Part shown: positions 11,070 through 24,490 of the stretch, in pieces
Position numbering within the stretch: position 1 is the stretch's first letter
Layout: each line of letters begins with the position of its first letter
NCBI GenBank assembly: GCA_965202585.1
Contig: OZ241826.1
Coordinates: 114,948,001 to 115,012,000 of the forward strand
DNA length: 64,000 nt
Reading direction: 5' to 3'
Source of the DNA: Thalia democratica
Taxonomy: Eukaryota
Program-made: the position numbers and the translations under genes
Notes under the pieces: generated by a model
Told to the model about the DNA's origin: nothing
The model's input: only the letters and a program-made list of their open reading frames with translations
Database searches by the model: none

Positions 11070-14000
11070 ACACTATAAACTGTTTTGAACTTGATGTTTA
11101 AACCACTCACTGCCTAGAAAAAAAAACAAATTTAGCCATTTTAGTTTAATAAGCACAGTTCATGCCGTAGTAGTATTTAAATAAAGTATTTAAATTTATT
11201 TAAAATACACTTTATGATTTGTTTTTGGAAATTAAAAGCATTTTTTGATTTAATTTAAAAAAATTGTTAGATACAATTTTTTACCACAAGTTTGCCACTC
11301 TCTTATACTAGTTTATTGAGTTTTGTACTTTTAAAGTAACTCCTAAACGTAAAATTTGAACGGAAATGTTAAACTTAAAATTATAACAGTTTTTTATTTG
11401 TATTAGTTTTGAACAATTTCAAGTTTTTTACCAATATTGAATTTTTTGTAATCTGAAGTGTAAAAACATTTTTCCACAAGTTAGTAAAGCACCTCATTTT
11501 TATTTAAAAAATTAATTTTCGAAACTATGTTTGACTTTTTAAACAAAAACTCTTTACAACCGTTTTTTCTAGCATTCTAGCAGAAACCACTATCACAGAG
11601 GATAAGAATCAGATAATTTTTTGTACATGTGTCAACCACTGGGTTTGAATCTTGGAATATTGTTCAACTCTTATTATTTCAAAGACCTTATTATCAACCC
11701 TTTAACATCAGGCCACACAAATTTATTGAATACAAAATAAACATAATAATTGCCAGTGACACAAAATTACCATTAAGTGTTGGTGTCAAAACTATTTATA
11801 CAGGATTGCCACACATTCAAGATAATCAAGATGATACAAACAATTTTAAAATTTTTAAATTCGCAGGATTACGCAGTTTAACTCACAATAATTTGTATTT
11901 GTTTTTTAAACTCAGGCTGACTCAAGATGACCAAGTTTTTTTCAAAAAAACTTAGGATAGTTATAGGATTTTAAACATTTTAGGCAATTTTGATTGAGAT
12001 TTAGTTGCATTACTTGCAATACTTTCTTACTTTTAAACTAATATTTTGTAAAACTTGATATTAAGAAATATCAAAAAGTTTTTATGTTTTTCTTAGAATA
12101 AAAAATATATTCAGAATGACTTCAGCTAGTTAAAGTTAATTTTTATAACTCAAATATCAGCAAGCCATTTTATTACAATAACTTAATTACTACTTTAAAA
12201 TTTTGACCTTATTTTGTATTGCAAAAATTACTATTTTAAAGGTTAGAATATAAAACAAACTAATACTTTTTTTATATAAAAACATCTATTCAATTAAGTT
12301 AGAAATATAAATGATTAAATGTTTATAAAATTTTAACTATAAAAAAATTTAATAATTATATTTAGATAGTTAAAAACATTTGTCTCTCTCCCCAATCTAC
12401 AAAGACAAATTATTGTAACCATAAAACTTTGAATCCTGGAATAATCTTGGATTCGAAATTTATTTTCAAAGTAAAATACTAAACTTTGAACAATAATTAG
12501 TGAAAATCTGGGAATTTAAATCAATTTTTGCAATAAAGTATTGAAATTTTAATTGACACAAAAAATCTATTATATAGAAAAAATATTGTCGATATTAAAT
12601 TTTATTTGTTAAAAAATAAAATTCTAAGTAGATTTACAGTATCTTTCTAATGTTGAATTGTACTTTACACAGTTTTAACCTTGACCTTAACTTTTAACTA
12701 AAAATAAAACAAAAAAAGGAACATTTTCAAAAACCTAGAAAAAGTTTTTTTACAAACCATTGATAACTGCATTGATAATTGTTTTCAGAAGGTTAAATCA
12801 TCTTAATTTCTACCTGCCCCTTTATCAATCTGTTTAAAGTAATCAAATTAAATTTTATGTTTTAACTTAAAAGTATGCCTTGGTTAAAGATTGATTGGCA
12901 AATACTCACAGAATAATATTTAACACTTTAAATCACAAGGAAAAATTATAGCAAATAACAAAAATAAATTCAACAATTAAATCATGTGATACTAATAAAT
13001 GTAACACCTACAGTAAATCTGACTGTATTGCAAAATTCAATCTAAAATTATTCCTTATATTTTAGTTTTTAGTAAAAAATTGAAAATTTTTGAAACTAAA
13101 GTCATATTAGGTTAGAACAGTAGCTATTTATCCTCAGAACTTAAAAATTATAGATTTCAAAGCTGTACTAAAAATAAATAATATGGTAGTAAAAAGTAAG
13201 TAAAGAAAACTTGGAATAATAAAACTATGTAAAATTCTGAAGCTTAAAATTATAATTCTACTATGATAAAATATAATTAGCCTATAATGAGCCATTATGT
13301 ATATCTATTATAAGTAAAAATAGTTTTAGGAATTAAATTTAGTTTGGGACACATTCAAATTATCTTTTGACTGATTATTTAGATTTAAAATAGTTCTTTC
13401 TTCTACTACGAGAAGTTATAAAAAATGTAAAAAATTATTCTGCGAAAAAACCTGAAAAAGTAAAAATCAAATTGCCACTTTGGTCTAAAAATATTTGATA
13501 GTAAGATGTTGTTTTTAACATTTTGGTATTTTAGAATGTAATTTAAAATGGAAACCATGATCTGTTAAATATAAAAATAATCCTTAAAATATTTTAAAAA
13601 ATGTTTATTAACAGCTAGAATTTAACTAAAACTATATTACCCAGTTGAGACCATATATCTTTTTTTTTTACAGTACTAAATTAAGTTCCTAAAACACTTC
13701 ATAATGAGCTTTTGCAAACCCTAATAACATTTCGTAAAATATAAAATTTTTATTTGTCTAATAAATATTAGTGAATGTATTTCATCTTGCAAGGGATGTA
13801 GTTAGTTTTGTAAAAAACAACTTAGATGTGTGTAGTGATAAAACATTTTTGAAAATATTTTAAATTTGCTTGATTATGTATCATTGACTTTTTAATTCAG
13901 AAGTTTTCAAATTTTTACTCAGAGTTTTTTGAATGATTTAAAAATTTAAGATAACAATAATATAACACAAATGACCTAAATCAAAAACAATTTTTTTTTA

Positions 14001-14400
14001 AAGCAGTTCTATCCTAAAACTTCAATTAAATCCAAAACTTTTTCTGCTATCTATATAGAAATTCTTTTTTCTTTTTTAAATAAAAACCTAAATAGGTCAT
14101 AAATTTTTATGCATGTGATTTTAAATTCAAATTTCCATAAATATCTATGTCATTTAATGGTAAAATTAGAAAATTAAACTTATAATAAACAATAAATATT
14201 AGATATTCATAACAACATGTGTTAAAAAAGTTAATCAAAACGTTTGAATAATAGAATAAGGTTTTGATTAAACTTCAAAAAATACTAACCGTAAACAAAT
14301 TATTTATATTATTGATTTTTTAATGAGTATTGTTTTTACTGAGAAATTAAAATAGCTGAATATTTAATCTAATATAAAGATAAAACTTAACCAAAACATC
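11070..14400. repeat. Diverged copy of the upstream module in front of gene B (opposite orientation to A)
   Basis: Anchors: AGCCATTTTAGTT..CACAG (11135), AGTTTGCCACTCTCTTATA (11290), CAACCACTGGGTTTG (11634), GATTGCCACACA (11804) and TCTTGCAAGGGAT (13786), each with matches in the D and/or E modules (e.g. 37250, 53280, 53590, 56525). Confidence 0.75.
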
Positions 14401-14408
14401 ATCAAGTT

Positions 14409-16275
14409 ATGTCAGATGAATGCTACAAAACTGATGTTAAAAAAATTAAATTTGAAGAAAACAATAAAAAATTAACACGTATGGGTGTAACTTATGAACA
14501 TCCAGTTGTTGATTGCTTTACTACTTTATGCAAACAATTTTCTACAAAAAATTTAGATGATAGAAGTCTACAAATTTTCAATGTTTTTAACAACAAAAGT
14601 AAATTTAGTATCATTTATGTTGAAACCGAGTTTATAACTTTAAAATAATTTGAAACAGTTTTAACATCATGTTTATTGTATGTTTTATTAACTTAACGAA
14701 GTGTTTTGACAATGTTTTAAATAAAATAAAATAAAAATGTTTGTTAAAATAAAAAAAATTTAAAAGTGAATTATTTCATTGTTATCAACAATAATTAGCA
14801 ACTATATGTAATTTATCAACTCACTTATACATGTGATTCTTATTTAGATGCACTGTACTTGAAAAAAGATGAAATAGTTTTAGCTATGAAAATAAATAAG
14901 CTTCTGCAAAAGGAAGATGCAAACGTGAAGATAAGTAAAATCATCCGAGATAAATTAGCTGTCAAAAACGTTCTTACTTTTTACAGCTTAGCTAAACTTT
15001 ACAACCTAGCTACTATTTCTGAGTCATCATTGCTTTATATTGAGTGTTGTTTTCCAATGATTGTTGAAACTCAAACATTTTTACACTTAAACTTTAATCT
15101 TGTTGCAAAAATACTTAACAGTTCTGAAATAAATATTCACTCGGAAGTTGAAGTATTTAATGCAGTTATTAGTTGGTTGGAATACAATAGTGAACAACGT
15201 AGCAAATATGCAAAACAATTGTTATTAAAAGTACGATTTTCTTTAATGTCAGAACACGCATTAAAGTATATTTCAAACTGTCATTCAACATTCAATAAAA
15301 AAGGGGAATGTGTTGAACTGATAAAAAAAACTTCAGCTAATAAAAAAAAATATCTTTCAAAATAACTTAAGCAGCTTATATACTAATAGGTATTGTAGTC
15401 AAGATCAATTTAAAATATTAGTTTGTGGTGGTAATAAACCTAAGTCTAGTACAGATTGTACAGTTGCAAGTGTAAAACAGATTGATGAAAGGAATTTACA
15501 CAAAATTAAAAGACTTTCCTAAATGAAAGAAGATCGAACGAGTTTTGAAGCTGTTTTTTTAAAAGGAGAAATTTACGTATTTGGTGGTACTAAAAGTTTA
15601 GTAAACTATTTTGTCGTAGATAGTGTAGAAAAATATTCCTTTTCTACCAATAAATGGACTACACTAACTAAAATGTTTGATAAACGTCTGCACTTTTGTG
15701 CTTGTTCATTTATAGATAAAGTATTTATTTTAGGAGGTTTTTTATCTACTAGCAAAATGGATGTTTTTACAACTAAATCTTGTTTAGAATTCAATATTAA
15801 ACATAACAGTTTTAGAGAAGTTTGTGAAATGAATGTATCAAGAAGATGTGCAGCTTGTGCTGTTTTTCAAGGAAATATTGTTGTTTCTGGTGGAATTGAT
15901 ATTTACAATTATAAGTTGAGCTCAGTAGAATCATATGATGTATTTGGTGATAAATGGTTATCAATGCCTAATATGATAAATCGTAATGATAATCACAGTT
16001 TAATTCCTGTAAAAGATAAATTGTTTGTTATTGGATATAAAACAGACACTTGTGAAGTTTTTGACAACACTTGTAAGAAATCTGTTGCTGTTAAGAATCC
16101 ATCAAGTATTAAATGAAATAAATGTGTGTCAATAGGTAACAAAATTTTAGCTTTTCAACAATACAGTTCCTCAGTAATTTGTTATGATGTTGATAAAGAT
16201 GAATGGTCTGAAGAATCATGTCAAGTAACAAAATATATTCAACATTTTGCTTGTGCGAAGTTACCTTGGTATTAA
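14409..16275 (+). pseudogene. Gene B: two-exon BACK-Kelch pseudogene (exon 1 14409-14598, intron 14599-14847, exon 2 14848-16275)
   Basis: Donor AAAA|GTAAAT and acceptor TTTAG|AT (phase 1) sit at the same positions as in the paralogues. BACK motif SEVEVFNAVISWL; kelch motifs GEIYVFGG, KVFILGG, IVVSGG. Lesions: +1 frameshift in the A8/A9 runs at 15323-15350, in-frame TAA at 15520-15522, in-frame TGA at 16114-16116. After the TGA the frame continues to ...ACAKLPWY-TAA (16273-16275). Confidence 0.9.
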
Positions 16276-16554
16276 ATATTTAGTTTAATGTGCAAATTAG
16301 TTTGATGATTGTGAATTGAGTTTGTGCATTGCAAATAAAAGGGTTTTATTAGAATGTTGTGTTTATTTTATTTAACCACCGAAAGTTATTTAGTCTTAAA
16401 TACAATTTGATTATATATTAGATATGTTAAATAAAAATTAATTCTTAGGAATTTTTAAGTTTAACTAGCTGTTTTTATTAAACCCATTTTCAATATTTAA
16501 AATTACTTTTATTTATTTTTATAAAGCGGGTTAGCAAACTCTGGCTTTCGAAAC

Positions 16555-17620
16555 AAAAATCTGCGCCCTGCCAATTTTTTTGTTTACAGCAAAATTAACA
16601 AAAAAACTTCAAAAAACTTACGAGCGTGAACTGAGCTTGACAGCGTTTTTTAAGAATTATATAAAAAGTCCGAACTTAAGGCCCAATTATTTTCCTTATC
16701 ATAACAGCTAATTAAAAATAACTACTTATTTAGAGAAGGGTCCTTTGCAATTAATTTAAACAATGAATTTATTGCATTGGAGTTTGACTTTTTGAGTGGG
16801 GCTCCTTTAAATACTTACTTTTCTTATTAATATAAGCTTTTCTCCAATAATAGTAACTTTATTCAATTTTTTTATACATACTTGTTAAAATGAGTTTAAG
16901 GATGTTGTAAATTTTTTTTCAATTTTTTTTTATATCATAAGCCTGATAAATTTTTTTAGAAAAATTCCAATTTTTCACGATTTTCGTTTTTCAGATATAC
17001 AACTTTTTATACAAAAATAAAATATTATTTTAATAATTTTTATTTTTAACAGATTTGTTTAGTTATCTTTTATGATGTTGTGATATTTTTGACTAGTTTG
17101 TTATTGCTTGTAAAATATATGAGCCATACAAGTTTTACCTAAATTCTTAGCAAATCTACTTGAGGGATTTCTTGCTAAAGTGCTAAGAGTTTAGGTAAAA
17201 TTTGTATGAGTCATATATTTCAAAAGCAATGATAAATTTGAAAAAAAAAAATCAACATCATTAAACTCATTTTAAAAAGTATGTTTAGAAAAATTTGAAT
17301 AAAATTATTATTTTTGGAGAAAAGCTTCTATAAATAAAAAGCAATGTAAATTTTTAAAGGGGCCCTACTAAAAAAGTGAAATCCCAATACAATAAATTTA
17401 TTTTTTAAATAAAAGACTAATTCTCTAGAATAAAAAAAAAGTTTTTAATTAACTATTACGACAAGGAAAATATTTGCGTCTCAAGTTTGGACATTTAAGA
17501 TCACGCTCGTTTAAACTTTCTATTAGGATCTTTACCAATTGTAGTTTATCATCTTTTTTGTTCAAAATATTATTTTTATGGTGTTATTACAATAAGGTTA
17601 AAATGCAGAACGCGCAGGTT
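16555..17620. mobile_element. Foldback / long imperfect palindrome, probably a non-autonomous DNA transposon
   Basis: Mirror-ordered pairs: ACGAGCGTGA/TCACGCTCGT, TTTTCCTTATCATAA/TTACGACAAGGAAAA, AAGCTTTTTCTCCA/TGGAGAAAAGCTT, AAAATGAGTTTAA/TTAAACTCATTTT, plus an inner hairpin at 17105-17230. Confidence 0.7.
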
Positions 17621-19984
17621 TTATTCTTTAAAAAAAATGGTCCAAGACATCTTAATTATAACTGATTTAAAGTTTTTATTAAATACCAAAATAATAAATA
17701 AAATAAAATTTGTGATGTAAAACGTTTCATATGAAAAAGTATTCTTTAATTTATTTTATTAATTTCCTATATGTATTCGTAATATGTATTTAGTATTTGT
17801 ACTTAGTACTTTTTTATTTTATTTATACAAATACTAGTTACTAATCTCATAATATATTGGATATTATTGTTTTGCTTATTTTTGCTATTTTAAATGTATC
17901 TTTATATTTAGATCAATTAATTCTAACTAAGCTTAACATATCGTAGAGTAGCACATTGTATTCTATGTAAAATGATCTTTTTGGAAAATATATTTATTAT
18001 TTTTATTTAATATTTCAATTTCTATTGCCTCTATATAAACTTACTAACTGTCAATATTTTTTTTAGAATTTGTTTTTAACGCATTAAAGGGTTTAAACTG
18101 TTAAGATGTAGATCAGCAGTAGAGAGATAACTAAACTAATTTACAAATCATTTAAATTTCATTTAAATTAGCAGTTAAATAACTATAGTTAAATATATAC
18201 ATGTAAAATTTTAGGAAAATATAAATTTAATGTTAGTAAGATACAAAAGTTGATTATTTTTAACTATTGTAAAAAGTCAAGCTAATCTTGTTTCTTACTT
18301 ACAACAGATTTACATTATCAAGATTATTATGTAAATAATTAGTATATCTAATTTTTAAATTAATAGATGATTATCATGTAGTTTTATCGATTTATATAGT
18401 TTCTGCATTAAAACAAAATCTATAAATATATGAATAAAAGCACATGGATAACATATAACAAAATTAAAGTTTTTGCCTTGCTATTGTAAACTAAACACTG
18501 TTTAATTTTACAAAAAAAAAAAAATTATTTTGAAAAATGTTGACCATTTAGTTTATACTTTTGCAAGTTTTTAAATCTTTCATTACTATTCCTAGTCATC
18601 AGGTATTGGTGTCTTTTTTGGCTACCTTTTCTAAACTACCTTTTTATAGGCTACTCTGATTGGGTAACACGAAAAGTCATATAGTTGACCTTTAAAAAAA
18701 GTAGCCTAGAATCAGGTTTAATAGAAAAGGGTAAAAACACAAATTTTCTTTTTTGATTTAAAATATATTCATAGATTAAATAAAAATAGGAAAACTATAT
18801 TTTAGTTTCTAAGCTCTCACTTAAGTGTTGTCTATGTTACTACGGCCGAAATAAGACTTTAAAAAAGGAACATAACTACAGAACGAACTCAAATTTTACA
18901 GTAATCTTCATTAGTATATAAAAAATGAAGTTTTCATTTTCAAATTAATAATTCAAGTATTTTATAGCCGTTCGAATTATTGCTCAAAAAAAACAAAAAA
19001 ATATTTTTTTTTGAATTTTAGTTCGACAATTCTTTATGAAAATAACTAAAACTTTGCGGTAATGTCTTGGAGTGTATTCAAAATTAAATATCAAAGCTCT
19101 TACTCAAGTGTAGTTAATGTTAAAGCTGTTTAAAATGTTAGTTATAAAAAACTAAATTAATTACTAATATAATATATTAATATAATATTAAATTATTAAT
19201 ATAATATAAGTTATAAGTCTCAAGGTGAAGCAACATTTTCTTCTTTTTTTTAATTTTAATTCGTTTCAGAACAAACAATTCTATACTGAAATAGCTCAGA
19301 CTTTGCTAAAAAGCTTTAACTTAAGTAAAGTTAATAATACTTAAGAATCAGTTGTTTAAAAAATTACTCTAAAATAAGCTTAATGTTGCTTTGACAGTGT
19401 GCTAAATCTCAATGTTTTATATCTTAAATCCAACAAATATTGACAAAATTAGCTTAATGTTCGCAATAAATCTCTAAATTAAGTATTGTCTATAATACAG
19501 CCGTTTAAATTAGTAATCAAGGAAAAGCAAAAAATCACTTTTTTCAAAGTTTATTCTGCCGGACTTGAGATATATAAAAATGCTTAATTAATCAATTTAA
19601 AAGCACTATTCAAACAATAATATGACAATATATAGGATAAAAAAGTGTTTGTTAAGATTATTTTTTTAATTGATTAGTCTAATTAATGTATGTTAAATAA
19701 AAAACATCAGTAACCTATACAACTTAAAATGATCATATATATTTTATTGCCAATTGCCTGTATTCACTCAGTATTATAATCAAATAGGACAACAACCGTC
19801 ACAACCGATCACTTTATATATCCATGTAGACTATTTATGCGATATTCTGTACTCAATCAGTCTTAAAAAACTAATTCTCAACAAACTGATCACTTATCAT
19901 GCACATGTAGATTATGGTTGCGATTCTTTCTATTAGTTATAAATAGTTATAATTATATTTAGAGTAATAGCTTGCAATACTCAG

Positions 19985-20355
19985 TAGTATATGTCAATTG
20001 AACAACACCCGTCAACCCGCACTCTAACAATACCTAGGTTTATTTTATTTAAGGTTGTCGGTATACTGTAGTTGCATATGTCAATTAAACAACACCCGTC
20101 ACACTGATCACTTACAATGCCTTAGTATATTTCATTTAAGGTTTTCGGTATTCTGTAGTTGCATTATCAATTTAACAACACCCGTCAACCTGATAACTTA
20201 CAATACTTAGGTGTATTTTATTTATAGTTGTCAGTATTCTGTAATTACTTATGTTAATTGAACAACACCTGTCACCCTAATCACTTACAATACCTAGAAA
20301 TATTTTATTTAAAGTTTTCGGTATTCTGTAGTTGCATATGTCATATGAACAACAA
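19985..20355. repeat. 87-bp minisatellite, ~4.3 copies (older diverged units at ~19760-19980)
   Basis: AACAACACC(C/T)GTC at 20001, 20088, 20174 and 20261, with a partial copy at 20348. Confidence 0.92.
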
Positions 20356-21834
20356 TAAACTAATTTTTTTTTCTTATTTCTAACACACTTTTAATATTTT
20401 GAAGCATAATAAATATTATTTTGGAAAGTTTTTAAACTCTTAGCTTTTACAAAACCTGTTTATACCATAAAAGATCTGAAATTATAACTAATAAAAAAAA
20501 AGATTATGTTTCTTTTAAATAAAAACTTGAGTTGTAATCTTTTTAGGAACTTGTTAAATAAAAAGTAAAAAAAACAAGAATTATTTTATTTACAACGAAT
20601 AACGTGTCCAGGGAACATAAAACTGTATCCGTTGTGTATAACTCAAAAAATTAAATATTTTTTCTTACACCACGTCTATAATCTAACATATTTAAATATG
20701 CATGTCATAAAATGTGCTTTATTAAAACAAAATTTTAATTGAAACGCTTAAACCATAGATAATTTTAGTTTATTGTTTATAAAATACAGATTTGTACTTA
20801 TGTACTATAAAAAAACTACTATTTTAAAATTTCTGAGCTTCTTTATTTGGTTGAACTAGAACTAAACAATACTTAATTTTATTCTTATTCATTCAAGTGT
20901 CATGTTATATCAAGTATTTTATATATATTATATATACTATTTAAAATTATTTCATATTACAAGCAGTTAACTTTAATATGGATTTTGGTTTTTGCTTTCG
21001 AGCTTTTTGTTGCTTTTACTTGTACTAATACTTTGTATTTGTATCTTATGATAAACCATGCATATTTATTATACATCGTTACTAGCATACTAGCGTAACG
21101 ATATCGATTGTTTTTATTTTAAATCAGGTCAGCTGGATTATTTTACTTAGTGTTACTTTCTAGCTAGTTTTTTATACTTTTTCGCACATTTAATCACTGT
21201 AAACACATTCTTAACTTACAGACTCGATTTTAGTTGTATAGCCAGTAGTTGTCAAGGTGTACACAAACTTTTTTTGGGTTGCACAGTCAAATAAGGTATG
21301 TACTTAATAGTTAATTAAATATTTTAAGATTACTGAACTTTGGATTTTACAGAGAAGTGTTCAATGAATAAGTATTTAAGAGAAAGCCATATAACTAAAA
21401 TATCATTGTGAAAATAAGGTAATACAAATATAGAGGTCAATAAAAAAAAGATGAATTAAAAAGATTCAGCTTCAATTGTTAAATGGTTTGCATGTAAATA
21501 TAATTTGAGTTATGACTTTTATAAAGAAATGCACTAATAAAAGTGTTTACGTAGTACCATCACTAGCGGCGCTTATTAAAATGAGATTTCGGGGTGCGCT
21601 AATTTTAGTTTTTGCAGCTTGGTGTACACATAATTTGATTAGCTTTACGACAACTGGTAGAAGCTATCTCCAGTTTTAAAAACTAATTACAATTAAACAG
21701 AAGTAATAATTCAATTAACATTTAAAATCTTAATAATCTAGTTAGCAAAGTCAGTCTAAAAATCAGCCTGAAAACGAACTAAGGATTATTGTATATATAA
21801 GCGCGTTATATTCAATAACCGCAAGGCCCCCGTT

Positions 21835-22529
21835 ACATATATAACCAAGCATCTTAGGACAGTCTACGGTAACTCCGGCTTTGCGCTCGGACCTCTAGCG
21901 GATAACCTACAGGCTCTTATTATATTGTAACAGTTTATAAAGTTTTGCCGTCGAAAAAGGCTTTTTTTCTTTCAATTATCTTAAATTATTCAAACCACTT
22001 AAATTCAATGAGAGCGCTGTTGTTTGTGAGTTAGTCGCAGAGCTTTTTTATCGATTACGTTTTTAGTTGTTGTTGCCTGGCGCTAAAGACGTTTAGTTAC
22101 AAAGAGTTATGTTTTTCACTTTTGCTTTTGAGCAAAAGTAGTTTATGTTATGTGATTTTTTAGCAGTTTGTAGTATTGTGTTTCAACGTATTTTTATTAA
22201 TTTTTAAATACTTACTTGTTTCGAAGACTGTATTTCTTTATAATATAAATTTAAGCAATCTAACAATCCTACTACTTAATTAGGTTAAGTTTAAATAATA
22301 GTGTAATTTTAAACTAGCGTTTAATATATCGATTTAGCTAAGTTATTTATCTAAGTCAATTCTAAACATTAGCTTAAGTAACCGTCACTGATATTATAAA
22401 AGGCGTTAAGACAGTTATTTGCCAGATCCGCATAACACAAGTAATAACTTCTGCTGACCAGTTCAACATATATAACCAACCTCGTTCCTAAGACGGTCTA
22501 TGGTGACTACGGCTTTGCGCACGGACCTC
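21835..22529. repeat. Pair of ~62-bp GC-rich direct repeats 631 bp apart (21835-21895 and 22466-22529)
   Basis: ACATATATAACCAA...GTCTA(C/T)GGT(A/G)ACT(C/A)CGGCTTTGCGC(T/A)CGGACCTC in both copies. Confidence 0.8.
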
Positions 22530-24490
22530 AAACAATACCTAACCTTATTTGGAGTTTCTACTCTTAGTAGATGGTGACCCAAAAAAAATGGATTTTTATT
22601 AAAATACTTAATTAACTCAATGAAAAATCTAAAAGTTATTATTGACATAGATTATTCTTTGCCTAGTAGCAGCTAACTCTGTAGAGAAAAAAATGAATTA
22701 AAAAAAGAAAGGTGTGAAACATTACTTCTAGTTTTTAAGATGTACTCAAGCAAATTTAGTACGAGAAAATAGTATGGTTTGAGTATCAAAGAAATAGCAA
22801 TATACTGTACCAATTCGTTTTATAAAATCTTTAGAGAGCTAGAAATTATACAAAATGTCTGGAAATTTTTACATTCATTATGCCTTTTAACAACAATATC
22901 GGAGCTGTAATTAATATGTTTGAAAACTTTTTTTGGTACAATTATATCTACAATCATAGAAAAAGATATGTGTAGTTTTTCTAGTTTAACTAGAATCGGA
23001 AACAGAAATCTTTATAACTGTAAGTTAATTTTACATAACTCTTATTGAAAAACTTATATATTTATATATATAAAATTATCTTTAAAAAATTCAATAAAAC
23101 TTATGATAGTTTAAAAAACACAAATATTGGATCTCAGTATGATTCGCAAACAAAACAACCTTGTTTTGAAAACAATAGTGAGTGTAAAAATAAATAGTAG
23201 AATAGACCTTTTTGAAAAACTACATTGGAAACTCTTAATCTCTATTTTAAAGGTATTGTCAGTTCTAAATTTGTAAAGTACATATTTTATGTAAAGTAAG
23301 AATTTTACCTAAGTTCGATATGCTTTAAACTATCGATACTCTTATTGAAATAATACGTTAAACTTATTGAATTGGATAATATACCCATATTATATGTCTA
23401 CTAAGATATTATTAATGTTGTATTTCAACCTTAGGGCTGCCTCAATTTGATATTTCTAAATTTTTATAAACTTTTGTACGTTTTAACTTATAATTTTAAG
23501 CTGTAGATTTTCATAAAATCTAAACTGTATTGTAATAAAAATTACTAATGTAATTATTACTTGCATTTAATAATTGTTTACTTTGAGTTATCTATGTTCT
23601 ACTGAAATAAAAAAAAATATTTTATTTTTACATAAAAATACTCAGTTAAATGATACAGTTGTATATGTTAATTAATTAAGTTCTGCTAATATTATAACTT
23701 AGCCGAGGTTTGCTAAAAATAATTCGAAAATTTGAAAACAGTAATGTTTTTCTAACAACATAGAACGTTATAGTTGTTTGTATGTTTAAACGTAGGTCGA
23801 ATTATAAAGACTTTTTTGATTAAAGTTATGTTAACTTATACATTAAAATATGTTAAAAATTAAATAATGCATAAATGGAGTGAGCCTCTTTTGATTTTAA
23901 AAATGGACAGTTTTATCAATTCTTTGAATAGATTATATCTGACTAAGATTATATATGGTTTGTTATTTTCGAAAGTTTACGAAAATTATTTTCAAAGTTA
24001 GTGTTTTGTAAAAAACTGAAACAGAGGTTATTTAATTACTTCTAATTATTTTTATTCTTTTTTTTTTAACTCTAGTGATAAACAGAATCATCCCTGGTTT
24101 TCTTGAAATAAACAAAAATTTTGTAAACATTTAATTTCATTTAAAATATTCACGTTTAATTAAATTTCTAATTTATCAAATGCTAGGACCGATTGAATAC
24201 TTCTCATATTACCGAAACAAGTTACAGAACACTTCTACTATAAAACAATTATAATAACAATAATTTATGTATTAAAAAACACTAATTCAATTTTTCAACT
24301 CTTTTTCATCAATTACAACAAGTTAATTAATTTTTTAGTTTTAAGTCTTTCTTACACAAATAAATTAAAATACAACAGTCAAATCATATATTGTTTATCA
24401 AATATATCTTTTACTATACATAAACTTAAACTATTTTTTTTAACTATGCATAAGTTCAACAGTATTCTTGATGTTTTAACAATATAAGTT

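Noticed and set aside
11629-11955. 108-aa ORF (related 31065-31295)
   Set aside because: Lies in the repeated module and MITE ends; no recognisable domain; paralogous copies are interrupted.
19985-20355. CRISPR-like array (also considered for 8085-10428)
   Set aside because: Whole units repeat with no unique spacers, and the context is eukaryotic with no cas genes.
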